Of a stretch of 57,457 bases of DNA, positions 37,285 through 49,463 are shown one piece after another. Position 1 is the stretch's first letter. Every line of letters begins with the position of its first letter. This DNA comes from Elusimicrobia bacterium LH_S2. Lineage in GTDB: Bacteria > CG03 > SLGR01 > JAGXOG01. Position numbers and translations under genes: made by a program. The notes beneath the pieces were generated by a model. It was given only the letters and a program-made list of their open reading frames with translations. It ran no database searches and was not told the origin of the DNA. The DNA is taken from NCBI GenBank assembly GCA_023660015.1, contig JAGXOG010000002.1, forward strand, positions 1 through 57,457, written 5' to 3'.

Positions 37285-38005
37285 TCAAAAGACAGCAGTA
37301 GTAACCGGAGGAGCACAGGGGATAGGTTTTGCAATATCGAAAAAACTTGCCGCTGCAGAATGCAAGGTTATTATTATAGATATAGATGAGTCGAGGGCGG
37401 CATCAGCTGCCGGAAAATTAAACGGCGACTATAAGATAGTTGATGTTTCAAAAGAAGTAGAGGTTGAAAAAGCAGTATCTGAAATAATTGAAAAATACAG
37501 TAAAATTGATATACTTATTAATAATGCCGGTATTACCCGTGACGGTCTTCTTATCAGAATGAAAGAAAAGGATTTTGATTCCGTAATAGATATAAATCTT
37601 AAAGGCGTTTTTAATTTCTCAAAAGAGGTTGTTAAAAAATCTATGATGAAAAACCGTACCGGGGCTATTGTTAATATAGCATCCATAGTTGGTATAATAG
37701 GAAATCCCGGTCAGTTGAATTATTCTGCCTCAAAGGGAGGGGTAATTGCTATGACCAGGACCATGGCCAAAGAGTTATCCAACCGGAATATAAGGGTAAA
37801 TGCTGTGGCTCCTGGTTTTATCCAGACCCGGATGACAGATAAATTATCGGATAAAGTAAAAGAAAGTTTTTTGGAAAATATTCCCATGCATAGACTGGGA
37901 AATCCCGAAGAAGTAGCGGCAGTCGTTAATTTCCTGGTTTCACAAAGGTCGAGTTATATTACCGGACAAGTAATTAATATAGACGGCGGCCTGGTAATGG
38001 CTTAA
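37277..38005 (+). CDS. fabG: 3-oxoacyl-ACP reductase
   Basis: 'VVTGGAQGIG', 'NNAGI' and 'YSASKGG'. Confidence 0.95.
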   Translation: MSNQKTAVVTGGAQGIGFAISKKLAAAECKVIIIDIDESRAASAAGKLNGDYKIVDVSKEVEVEKAVSEIIEKYSKIDILINNAGITRDGLLIRMKEKDFDSVIDINLKGVFNFSKEVVKKSMMKNRTGAIVNIASIVGIIGNPGQLNYSASKGGVIAMTRTMAKELSNRNIRVNAVAPGFIQTRMTDKLSDKVKESFLENIPMHRLGNPEEVAAVVNFLVSQRSSYITGQVINIDGGLVMA

Positions 38006-38021
38006 TTGAAAGGAGTATATA

Positions 38022-38255
38022 ATGGCAAGTATTGAAGAAAAAATTAAAGAAGTTATAGTTGAGCAGCTGGATGTAGATCCCAAATCAGTAGAAGAATCAT
38101 CATCATTTATTAATGACCTTGGCGCGGATTCATTGGATACGGTTGAGCTGGTTATGGCTCTTGAAGAAGAATTTGATATTGAAATATCGGATGAAGAAGC
38201 CGAGGGTATAGAGACGGTTGGCAAAGCAATTAAATATATAAAAGAAGACAAATAA
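38022..38255 (+). CDS. acpP: acyl carrier protein
   Basis: '[20 protein letters not shown]' phosphopantetheine site. Confidence 0.97.
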   Translation: MASIEEKIKEVIVEQLDVDPKSVEESSSFINDLGADSLDTVELVMALEEEFDIEISDEEAEGIETVGKAIKYIKEDK

Positions 38256-38283
38256 AATTAAGTTAAAAAAGAGTTAAATAATT

Positions 38284-38320
38284 GTCCGGTCCGTCAAAGT
38301 GCCGGATGGTTGTTTTATAT
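38284..38320 (+). terminator. weak hairpin plus T-run after acpP (possible attenuator)
   Basis: 'gtccgg-tccgtcaaagtg-ccggat' forms a ~6-bp stem followed by 'ggttgttttatat'. The stem is short, so this is tentative. Confidence 0.25.
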
Positions 38321-38342
38321 ATTATTTAAATTTAAGAAATAG

Positions 38343-39590
38343 ATGAATAAAAAACAAGTTGTTATTACCGGGATGGGTGCTTTAACTCCTATTGGCCCGG
38401 ATGTTAAAACATATTGGAATTCTCTTAAAGAAGGGGAATCAGGCATAGGTAAAATAACGCGTTTTGATGTTAGTGAATACAGTTCTCAAATTGCAGCCGA
38501 GTTGAAAAATTTTGACCCGGAAGATTTTGGTATTAGCAAAAAGAAAAGAAGAAGAACCGACGATTTTATTATTTATTCCTTAGTTGCTGCTGTAGAATCT
38601 ATAAAAAATAGCGGGCTAAATATGGGTAAAGAAGATCCATATCGTTGCGGAACAATTATAGGAAGCGGTATAGGGGGGTTAAATACAATTGAAAAAGACC
38701 ATACAAAGCTTTTAAAAAAGGGGGCCCGCAGGGTCAGCCCTTTTCTTATCCCTTCTATGATTATTGATATGGCGGCCGGAGAAATAGCTATAAAATATGG
38801 GTTGAAAGGCCCAAACTACGGGGTGGTAAGCGCCTGTGCGTCTTCGGCCCATGCTATAGAGAACTCTATGAGAATGATCCAGGCCGGCGACGTTGATGTT
38901 GTAGTTACCGGCGGAGCTGAAAATTCGCTTTCCCCTCTGGGCCTTGCGGGTTTTTGTTCGCTGAGGGCTTTATCTACACGAAATGACGATCCGCAAAGTG
39001 CTTCCCGGCCTTTTGACGCCGCCCGCGACGGGTTTGTCATTGGGGAAGGAGCGGGAATAATTGTTCTTGAAGAGTTAGAGCATGCAAAAAAAAGAGGGGC
39101 CAAAATTTATGCCGAACTTGTCGGTCACGGGGCTACCGCTGATGCTTATCATATAACTGCGCCGCAGCCGGACGGGAAAAGCGGTACCGCGGCAATGAAA
39201 ACCGCTCTAATAGATTCTGGACTTAACCCGGAGGATATAGATTATATCAATGCTCACGGAACATCGACCTTGCTAAATGATAAGATTGAAACCAAAGTCA
39301 TCAAAAATGTTTTCGGCACGAATTCCGAAAAACTTCCCGTATCTTCTACAAAATCCATGACAGGCCATCTTCTGGGAGCTGCCGGAGCCGTGGAACTTAT
39401 AGCCTGCGTAAAAACTATTAATGACGGAGTAGTCCATCCAACTATAAATTACGAAAATCCCGACCCCGAATGCGATCTGGATTATGTACCCAATGAGGCC
39501 CGGGATATGGAAGTAAACGCTGCGCTGTCGAATTCTCTCGGTTTTGGCGGGCACAATGTCTCTCTTGTTGTTAAAAAGTACAGTGGGTAA
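38343..39590 (+). CDS. fabF: 3-oxoacyl-ACP synthase II
   Basis: 'VVSACASSAHAI', 'NAHGTST' and 'GFGGHN'. Confidence 0.95.
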   Translation: MNKKQVVITGMGALTPIGPDVKTYWNSLKEGESGIGKITRFDVSEYSSQIAAELKNFDPEDFGISKKKRRRTDDFIIYSLVAAVESIKNSGLNMGKEDPYRCGTIIGSGIGGLNTIEKDHTKLLKKGARRVSPFLIPSMIIDMAAGEIAIKYGLKGPNYGVVSACASSAHAIENSMRMIQAGDVDVVVTGGAENSLSPLGLAGFCSLRALSTRNDDPQSASRPFDAARDGFVIGEGAGIIVLEELEHAKKRGAKIYAELVGHGATADAYHITAPQPDGKSGTAAMKTALIDSGLNPEDIDYINAHGTSTLLNDKIETKVIKNVFGTNSEKLPVSSTKSMTGHLLGAAGAVELIACVKTINDGVVHPTINYENPDPECDLDYVPNEARDMEVNAALSNSLGFGGHNVSLVVKKYSG

Positions 39591-40266
39591 AAAAGAAGAA
39601 AAATCTATTGATGATTTAATCCGGGAATTAGGCGTAGATTTTAAAGATAGATCGTTATTAGATAAAGCTTTGCTGCACCGGTCGTATTCAACTGAGTATT
39701 CTATATCTAAAGATAACGAGCGTCTTGAATTTTTAGGCGACAGCCTCTTAAATGCTTCGGTGACTATAATGCTTTATAAATTATTCCCGGAAAAAGACGA
39801 GGGGGATTTAACTAAGATAAAGGCAAAGCTGGTTTCCAGAAAATCCTTAAAAAAATGGGGAGAAAAGTTAGGCCTTGAAAATTACATAAAGCTGGGGACC
39901 AGGGCAAAAAAATTCTATAATAAAAGAAATTCGCGTATTCTTGAAGATACTATGGAAGCGGTAATAGGAGCCATCTATTTAGACAGCGGGTTTGAGATGG
40001 TAAATAAATTTATTAGAAATTATATGAGGGAAAGGGATTTTCATAAGATTACCGATTTTAAGTCAAGTCTGCAGGAATACACAGTTAAAAAATTTAATCA
40101 GATTCCGGAATACATAATACTTTCCGAGACAGGGCCTGCGCATAAAAAAATTTTTAAAGTTGAAGTTATAATAAATAATAAAAGTTACGGAAAAGGTAAG
40201 GGATACAGCAAAAAAAATGCCCAGCAGGAGGCGGCAAAAGAAGCTTACAGTCAGCTGGCAGATTAG
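39556..40266 (+). CDS. rnc: ribonuclease III
   Basis: 'ERLEFLGDS' signature and a C-terminal dsRBD 'KGKGYSKKNAQQEAAKEA'. ATG at 39556 overlaps the fabF 3' end. Confidence 0.9.
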   Translation: MSLLLLKSTVGKKEEKSIDDLIRELGVDFKDRSLLDKALLHRSYSTEYSISKDNERLEFLGDSLLNASVTIMLYKLFPEKDEGDLTKIKAKLVSRKSLKKWGEKLGLENYIKLGTRAKKFYNKRNSRILEDTMEAVIGAIYLDSGFEMVNKFIRNYMRERDFHKITDFKSSLQEYTVKKFNQIPEYIILSETGPAHKKIFKVEVIINNKSYGKGKGYSKKNAQQEAAKEAYSQLAD

Positions 40267-40283
40267 AAAAGGAGTAGTTAGAA

Positions 40284-41450
40284 ATGAACGAATATAATTT
40301 TACCGAAGACCAGTTAATGATTAGAGATCTTGCAAGGCAGATTGCCGAGGATAAGATAAGACCTGTAAGAGCGGAGCTTGACGAAAAGGACGAGTTTCCC
40401 GAAGAGATAATAAAGATTTTGGCCGACAGCGACCTCTTTGCTATTTTTGTCCCCGAAGAATACGGTGGCCTGGGAGGAGGGGCAATGGAACTATGTATAG
40501 CTACAGAAGAACTTTCCAAAGTTTGCGGCGGCGTGGCGGTAAGTTACGCGGCATCGGGGTTGGGGGCATTTCCCATAATATTATTCGGCTCCGATGAACA
40601 GAAAAAGAAATTCCTTCCGGCCATAGCCTCCGGAGAAAAGATAGCTGCTTTCGGTCTTACAGAGCCCAATGCCGGCAGCGATGTTGGAGGGATGGAGACC
40701 ACCGCCGAAAAAGACGGAGACGACTATAATTTAAATGGCAATAAAATTTTTATAACAAACGGCGGTGTAGCGGATATTTATACAATAATTGCCATGACCA
40801 ACAAATCAAGAGGAGCCCGTGGCGCTTCGGCTATCGTTGTTGAAAAAGGGATGGATGGTTTTGATTTCGGCAAAAAAGAAGATAAAATGGGGATAAGGGC
40901 CACTGTGACGCGTGAACTTGTTTTTGAAGACTGCAGAGTCCCGGCCGAAAATCTCTTAAAAAGAGAAGGGCTGGGATTTATAGTGGCCATGAAGACTTTT
41001 GATAAATCCCGTCCGGGCATCGGAGCGCAGGCAGTAGGCATTGCTCAGGGTTCGATAAACGAGGCAGTTGAATATGCTTCGCAGAGGATTCAGTTTGGCC
41101 AGCCGGTCTCGTCTTTTCAGGCCGTACGCCATATGATAGCCAATATGTCAACAAAGACCGAAGCAGCAAGAAATCTTGTTTATCACGCCGCCAGGATGGT
41201 GGATAGCGGAGTGAAAAACATCTCTAAAATAAGCGCCATGAGCAAACTCTTTGCGTCTGATGTGGCTATGGAAGTTACAACCAACGCTCTCCAAATATTC
41301 GGCGGCTCCGGCTATATGAAAGAATATCCGGCCGAAAAGTTTATGAGAGACGCCAAAATCACCCAGATATACGAAGGGACAAACCAGATACAGAGAGATG
41401 TTATAGGGTTGAAAGTTATAAAAGAAAATAAGTCCGGAAAGAAAAAATAA
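40284..41450 (+). CDS. short-chain acyl-CoA dehydrogenase (butyryl-CoA dehydrogenase-like)
   Basis: 'GLTEPNAGSD', 'NGNKIFITNG' and 'QIYEGTNQIQR'. Confidence 0.9.
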   Translation: MNEYNFTEDQLMIRDLARQIAEDKIRPVRAELDEKDEFPEEIIKILADSDLFAIFVPEEYGGLGGGAMELCIATEELSKVCGGVAVSYAASGLGAFPIILFGSDEQKKKFLPAIASGEKIAAFGLTEPNAGSDVGGMETTAEKDGDDYNLNGNKIFITNGGVADIYTIIAMTNKSRGARGASAIVVEKGMDGFDFGKKEDKMGIRATVTRELVFEDCRVPAENLLKREGLGFIVAMKTFDKSRPGIGAQAVGIAQGSINEAVEYASQRIQFGQPVSSFQAVRHMIANMSTKTEAARNLVYHAARMVDSGVKNISKISAMSKLFASDVAMEVTTNALQIFGGSGYMKEYPAEKFMRDAKITQIYEGTNQIQRDVIGLKVIKENKSGKKK

Positions 41451-41541
41451 AGGGTCATTTAAGTATGCCCGCGCAAATTAGTTATATAAGTAAAGATTGC
41501 TTTTTCGCATACTTTTCTAATTCTCACTTAACTCTGAGGTA

Positions 41542-41558
41542 TGCCGGCGATGCCGGCA
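41542..41558. promoter_or_regulatory. perfect 7-bp/3-nt-loop palindrome in the 160-nt acd-etfB spacer
   Basis: 'tgccggc gat gccggca'. It is not followed by a T-run. Function is unknown. Confidence 0.25.
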
Positions 41559-41610
41559 TAGATCCGGAAAAGTATATGCTCGGCAATATTTTAAAAGGCG
41601 GTATTTTAAA

Positions 41611-42396
41611 ATGAATATAGTAGTCTGTATAAAACAGGTTCCCGATACTACTGACGTAAAGATTAATCCGGAAACAAATACTCTTATAAGAGAAGGGGTT
41701 GACTCGATAATAAATCCGTTTGATACTTATGCCATAGAAGAAGGGCTGAGAATAAAAGAGAAACTCGGCGGAGAGGTCATAGTTATGACTATGGGGCCTC
41801 CCCAGGCGGAATCCGTTCTTCGGGAAGCTCTATCTATGGGTTGCGGGGAAGCTATACTTCTTACAGACAGGAATTTTGCCGGCGCAGATACCTGGGCTAC
41901 TTCATATACATTATCCCGGGGGATAAAAAAGATAGGCGAAGTTGACCTTATTATCTGCGGGAAACAGGCTATAGACGGAGATACCGCTCAGGTAGGGCCC
42001 GGTATTGCCGAGATGCTGGATATCCCCTGTATTACTTATACGGGAAAGATTAAGGATATAGACGAGAATGGCTTTACCGCTCTGCGTATGACAGAAAGCG
42101 GCCATAATGTTATAAAATCTCCGCTTCCAGCCCTTATAACCGTCGTTAAGGAAATAAATGAACCGAGGATGCCGTCTTTGCGGGGTAAGATGAATGCCAA
42201 AAAGGCCGATATTACCCATTATACCGCTGCGGATTTGGCCTGCAATTTAGAGAGTATAGGTCAGTTGGGTTCGCCCACTGTAGTCCGGAAAATATTTGCT
42301 CCGCCCGCAAAAGGCAAAGGAGAGATATTTAAGGGTGAACCGGCAGATACTGCCGAAAAGCTGGCTGCTGAACTGAAAGATAAAGGAATAGTTTAA
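41611..42396 (+). CDS. etfB: electron transfer flavoprotein beta subunit, bifurcating-type
   Basis: 'VVCIKQVPD'. 'GKQAIDGDTAQVGP' (nt 41974-42000) is the motif associated with NADH/second-FAD binding in bifurcating Etfs. Confidence 0.9.
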   Translation: MNIVVCIKQVPDTTDVKINPETNTLIREGVDSIINPFDTYAIEEGLRIKEKLGGEVIVMTMGPPQAESVLREALSMGCGEAILLTDRNFAGADTWATSYTLSRGIKKIGEVDLIICGKQAIDGDTAQVGPGIAEMLDIPCITYTGKIKDIDENGFTALRMTESGHNVIKSPLPALITVVKEINEPRMPSLRGKMNAKKADITHYTAADLACNLESIGQLGSPTVVRKIFAPPAKGKGEIFKGEPADTAEKLAAELKDKGIV

Positions 42397-42451
42397 ATTT
42401 ATATGAATTTTGTTTCTAGGTTCTTTAAAAAGTGTATATTAAAAGTTAAGA

Positions 42452-43705
42452 ATGGCGGCATTGTCGCTGAAGGCGGCCTATCTTAAGATGGGAATAAAAG
42501 TAGAGAAGGATAAATGTTCGGGCTGCGGGCTCTGTGTTGATGCTTGCCCGTTTGCGGCTATTGAGGTAAAATCCAGGGAAGAAACCGGCGACATCCATCC
42601 CAGATTTAAAAAGGTTGCCCTCATAAACGAGGCCTGCACACTTTGCGGTGCCTGTGTGGAAGTATGTCCGCTGGGCGCAATTACTATTACAAAAGAAGAG
42701 AAAAAACCGCAGGTTAATCTTAAAGAGTACAGCGGTTTATGGGTCTTTGCTGAACAGATTGACGGTGAAATTCAGGAAGTGGCTCTGGAACTTTTAGGTA
42801 AGGGGGCCGAACTTGCAAAAAAAAGAGGATGCGAGCTTTCTGCCGTTCTTTTCGGTGAGGGAATTAAGGATAAAGCCCAAACCCTCATTGAATACGGAGC
42901 GGATAAAGTCTATGTCGTAGAAGATCCGGAGCTTAAAAATTTTATGGACGAACCCTATGCCGATGTATTAAGCCATCTCATAGATAAATTTAAACCCGAA
43001 ATTATACTTATGGGAGCAACTACCATAGGCAGGACTTTTGCCTCCAGGGTGGCGGTAAGGATATTTACCGGGCTTACTGCGGACTGTACGGAGTTAGATA
43101 TCGACCCGGAGGGTAAAATACTTATTCAAACCCGCCCGGCGTTCGGGGGGAATATTATGGCTACCATACTTACAGAGCATCACCGCCCGCAGATGGCGAC
43201 CGTAAGGCATAAGGTCTTTAAGCCCCTAAAAAAAGACATTTCGCGGAAAGGGGAAATAATAGAAGTAGAATATCCAAAGGAACTTTCGTCCCGGACAGAA
43301 CTTGTAGAATCCATAAAAGACAAGTCGGTAAAAGTAAATCTTGCCGATGCGGATATAATTGTTTCCGGAGGCCGGGGACTTGGTAAGCCGGAAAATTTTA
43401 AGCTGATACGGGAACTTGCCGACCTTCTTGGAGCGGCCGTAGGAGCTTCCCGCGCGGCAGTTGATGCGGATTGGATACCGTATTCCCACCAGGTGGGACA
43501 GACCGGACGGACAGTAGGGCCTAAGGCCTATTTTGCTATTGGAATTTCAGGTGCTATACAACACCAAGTGGGGATGAGATCTTCAGATATTATAATAGCC
43601 GTTAACAAAGACCCTCACGCGGCTATATTTGATATAGCAGATTACGGGATAGTCGGCGACCTTTTTGAAGTTGTTCCCACGCTTATAAAAGAGTTAGAGA
43701 AATAA
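42452..43705 (+). CDS. etfA: electron transfer flavoprotein alpha subunit with an N-terminal 2x[4Fe-4S] ferredoxin domain
   Basis: 'CSGCGLCVDACP' and 'CTLCGACVEVCP' (nt 42515-42670), then an EtfA core with 'SGGRGLG' and 'GQTGRTVGPKAYFAIGISGAIQH'. An alternative ATG lies at 42488. Confidence 0.9.
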   Translation: MAALSLKAAYLKMGIKVEKDKCSGCGLCVDACPFAAIEVKSREETGDIHPRFKKVALINEACTLCGACVEVCPLGAITITKEEKKPQVNLKEYSGLWVFAEQIDGEIQEVALELLGKGAELAKKRGCELSAVLFGEGIKDKAQTLIEYGADKVYVVEDPELKNFMDEPYADVLSHLIDKFKPEIILMGATTIGRTFASRVAVRIFTGLTADCTELDIDPEGKILIQTRPAFGGNIMATILTEHHRPQMATVRHKVFKPLKKDISRKGEIIEVEYPKELSSRTELVESIKDKSVKVNLADADIIVSGGRGLGKPENFKLIRELADLLGAAVGASRAAVDADWIPYSHQVGQTGRTVGPKAYFAIGISGAIQHQVGMRSSDIIIAVNKDPHAAIFDIADYGIVGDLFEVVPTLIKELEK

Positions 43706-43752
43706 AATTTGTCAAAAAAAGATACAAAAATTTTAAATTAAGAGGTTAAAAG

Positions 43753-45438
43753 ATGTTTATTATGATGAAACAATCAACTAAAAGAGCGCTTATTTTAATT
43801 ATGGTTTTAATAATTACAGGGATTCTTATATGGGGTCTTGGATATAAATTTAATCTACCTGCTGTTAAGGGTGATAACCTGCTTACTTACCTGCCGCATA
43901 AAAGTCCGGGAGGTTCACTCGTCGGGGTAGTAGGGGTTAGGGGCCTTTCGGATAAATATTTTGATATTAAAAAAACCCGTTTTTATAAATCTTTCCTGGA
44001 AAGCAAGCTCTATAAAGTTTTGAAAAAGAATGCTTCTTTTGAAAGTGCCCTAAAAAACAAACAGTTAGATATAAATTTTACCGGAGATATAGAATCTCGG
44101 CAAGTAATGGAAATTATTGGCAAAAGTTTTATTGTTGCTTTTTACGGAGCCCGCCCGAATCCGGAATATGTAATAATATCTAAAGTTAAGGATAAATCCC
44201 AGATAAAAAGTATTCTTAACGATGTTTTAAAGAACAGCGATCTCACGGTTGACAGCTATAAAGACAGAGGCATAGATTCATATTCACGGGACGGGTATTA
44301 TACTCTGTACAACTCTCACTTGGTGGCCGGTAATTCAATGGGACTGATTAAAAATACCATGGAGCTGATTTCCGGCAGCGAGAATGTTACGAATTTTAAT
44401 TCTCTTTACCCTGAATTGGAGAAGGGCATGGATGTCGGGGCTGACGGTTATATATTTACCGTTAATAAGGAATTAAAGAAAATTATTGATAATTATTCAA
44501 ATAACACCGAGGCCCTTTCGGCGCTAAGAAAAACAGAAGGTGTATATACTTATCAGGAAATATATTTTAAAGATGGTATATATATTAAATCCCGGGGGAG
44601 TGGAAGCGTTAAAAAAGAAGAAACAAAATCTGGTGATTTAAAAAACGTGCGTTCGCTCACCTTAAACCTCGTGCCGCAAAGTCCTCTCCTTGCGGGGGCA
44701 GTTAATAATACCACTGTATTAAAAAATTATGATAAAATCGGCAGCAGAAATATAGTCGGGCAGAACATATATCACAGAATAGATAAAGATATAATAAGCA
44801 ATATTGACGGAGAAGCGGGATATGCAATTCTGGGGCCTGAAGAAGGCAAGATGAGCTCTATTTTGCCCGGCCTGGCAATTTATCTTGAAGTTAAAAGTAG
44901 TGATGTTGCCCAAAAAGTTTCCGCCAACGTTGAAGATATACTTGGGGTTGAGATGAAAAGCAAAAAATATAAACAAAATTCATACCGCAGCGCTTCTCTG
45001 CCGTTACTTTTCAGCCAGGATATTAAGATAAGCCGGGCAACGATAGAATATGGAGGCAAGATATATGTTGTAATTGCCAGTCCGTCTCGGGTAATTGAAA
45101 AGATAATAGATATCAGCCGGGGCAGGCAGGCAAGCTTAAAAAAATCGTCCGCCTGGCGCGGGGTCTCTGAATTTTTACCTAAAAAATACAGTAGGTATTC
45201 TTATGTGGACCCAAACGCAATTTCTAATACAGTCGGGCTGTTTTTAGCTAAGCTCAGGGGCAATAAAGATATGGAAAATTTTTTAAATACGGCGCCGTTT
45301 TCTTTTATAGGCCCTTCGGCTTCTGCGGGTTCAATTGATGACGGGGGGACAGTAGTATATACTTATATACCTGTCCAGGATTTAAACAGGGAAAACTGGA
45401 ATAAAATTTTTAATTCATTAATCCCTTTTGTAGATTGA
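43753..45438 (+). CDS. membrane-anchored protein of unknown function (size and architecture reminiscent of DUF3352)
   Basis: 561 aa. N-terminal TM 'ALILIMVLIITGILIWGL'. No catalytic motif recognised. Confidence 0.5.
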   Translation: MFIMMKQSTKRALILIMVLIITGILIWGLGYKFNLPAVKGDNLLTYLPHKSPGGSLVGVVGVRGLSDKYFDIKKTRFYKSFLESKLYKVLKKNASFESALKNKQLDINFTGDIESRQVMEIIGKSFIVAFYGARPNPEYVIISKVKDKSQIKSILNDVLKNSDLTVDSYKDRGIDSYSRDGYYTLYNSHLVAGNSMGLIKNTMELISGSENVTNFNSLYPELEKGMDVGADGYIFTVNKELKKIIDNYSNNTEALSALRKTEGVYTYQEIYFKDGIYIKSRGSGSVKKEETKSGDLKNVRSLTLNLVPQSPLLAGAVNNTTVLKNYDKIGSRNIVGQNIYHRIDKDIISNIDGEAGYAILGPEEGKMSSILPGLAIYLEVKSSDVAQKVSANVEDILGVEMKSKKYKQNSYRSASLPLLFSQDIKISRATIEYGGKIYVVIASPSRVIEKIIDISRGRQASLKKSSAWRGVSEFLPKKYSRYSYVDPNAISNTVGLFLAKLRGNKDMENFLNTAPFSFIGPSASAGSIDDGGTVVYTYIPVQDLNRENWNKIFNSLIPFVD

Positions 45439-46595
45439 CTCTGTTTTTACTAAAAAAAAATACTCTTCTAAAAGCAACCTGCTTACTCTTATTTGCGGCT
45501 TTTTTTTTAAATACTTATGCCCTCTGTGGAACTCCGGAGACAATAATTAAAATTGGGATTTTATCCGGCAAAAAAAGAGTCCATCTAAAAAGCTACGGAA
45601 AGTTGGAAGTGGTAGATATAAATACGCTGGAGGCAATTAAACTAAAAGCCGGCAGAGATTATGCCCTCGAGGCCGCTTCAGAAGGAATAAAAATAGGGGA
45701 TAAAGTTTTAGGATGTCAGGTCCGGTTTGTATCCCGCAACCGGAAAGAAATGCTCACCGTAAACGGCAGAAGATACAGAGATACAGTTATGATTAAAAAG
45801 ACAACCGAAGGACTTACCGCAATAAACGAACTGGGACTTGATGGTTATCTTTTCGGCGTTTTGCCTGTTGAAATTTCTCCGGACTGGCCTTTGGAATCAT
45901 TAAAAGCCCAGGCAGTTGTTTCCAGAACTTATGTAATGAATAATATGGGTAAATACGAAAGTCGGGGATACGACCTTTCTTCGGATATCTTTTCCCAGAT
46001 CTATCGGGGGGTAGAAGTTGAAAACCCCAAAAGCAACCAGGCGGTTACCGAAACTGTCGGTCAGGTTCTTACTTATAAAGGGAACCTGGCGGCTGCTTAT
46101 TTTTTCTCAAGCTGCGGCGGATATACAGCCAATGTAAAAGAAGTATGGGGAGATGACATACCTTATATGAGGGGGGTGAGTTGCCCGTATTGCAAGGACT
46201 CGCCGCGCTATCGGTGGGAAAAAAAAGTAACTCCCGGGCTGATAAAAGATACTTTAAATAAAAAAGGATACTCCATAGGAAAAGTAAGGGGGATAAATTT
46301 TATATCCCGCACGGATTCCGGGCGAATAAAAGATATGGAAATAGTTCATTCCGGGGGCAGAACAACTATTAACGGCCATAAATTCAGGATGTCCGTGGGC
46401 CCTAATATTATTAAAAGCACGATGATGTCCATAGACCGGACTAAAGAAAAATTTCTTTTTTACGGCCGTGGATGGGGGCACGGAGTCGGAATGTGCCAGT
46501 GGGGGGCAAAAGGGCAGGCGGATAGGGGCAGAAATTATAAAGAAATATTAAATTTTTATTTTCCCGGGACAAAAGTAAAAAAATGGGCTTATTGA
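45435..46595 (+). CDS. SpoIID/LytB domain peptidoglycan-remodelling protein
   Basis: Signal peptide, 'AQAVVSRTYV', 'SSCGGYT' and 'GHGVGMCQWGA'. TTG start overlaps the upstream stop. Confidence 0.85.
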   Translation: MTLFLLKKNTLLKATCLLLFAAFFLNTYALCGTPETIIKIGILSGKKRVHLKSYGKLEVVDINTLEAIKLKAGRDYALEAASEGIKIGDKVLGCQVRFVSRNRKEMLTVNGRRYRDTVMIKKTTEGLTAINELGLDGYLFGVLPVEISPDWPLESLKAQAVVSRTYVMNNMGKYESRGYDLSSDIFSQIYRGVEVENPKSNQAVTETVGQVLTYKGNLAAAYFFSSCGGYTANVKEVWGDDIPYMRGVSCPYCKDSPRYRWEKKVTPGLIKDTLNKKGYSIGKVRGINFISRTDSGRIKDMEIVHSGGRTTINGHKFRMSVGPNIIKSTMMSIDRTKEKFLFYGRGWGHGVGMCQWGAKGQADRGRNYKEILNFYFPGTKVKKWAY

Positions 46596-46614
46596 CTGCT
46601 TTTAATTTTTAAAA

Positions 46615-49076
<2,462 letters not shown>

Positions 49077-49106
49077 GGTTGAACCTTACTCAAGGGAGGA
49101 GTTAAA

Positions 49107-49445
49107 ATGATAGATAAGGCATACGCAATGGCGTCTCAGACGTCGGCAGGCAATGGGGAGGCGGCTTCGCCGTTAATGGGGATATTACCGATAATATTAA
49201 TATTTGGGGTTTTTTATTTTCTTTTGATAAGGCCGCAGAAAAAGAAAATGAAGAAACACAAGGAAATGGTAAACAGCCTAAAAAAAGGTGACCGGGTCGT
49301 TACCGGCGGGGGAATATATGGCAGAATCACTTCTCTTAAAGGAAAACAAGCGGAAGTTGAAATTGCTTCCGGAACGAGGGTTACAGCTAATAAACAATCG
49401 CTTTCCCGGGAAAAATCCGTTGAGGCAGAAGTAGTCAGTAAGTAG
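49107..49445 (+). CDS. yajC: preprotein translocase subunit YajC
   Basis: TM 'ILPIILIFGVFYFLLIRPQKKK', then 'GDRVVTGGGIYGRI'. Confidence 0.9.
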   Translation: MIDKAYAMASQTSAGNGEAASPLMGILPIILIFGVFYFLLIRPQKKKMKKHKEMVNSLKKGDRVVTGGGIYGRITSLKGKQAEVEIASGTRVTANKQSLSREKSVEAEVVSK

Positions 49446-49463
49446 GAAAAAGACAGATACACT

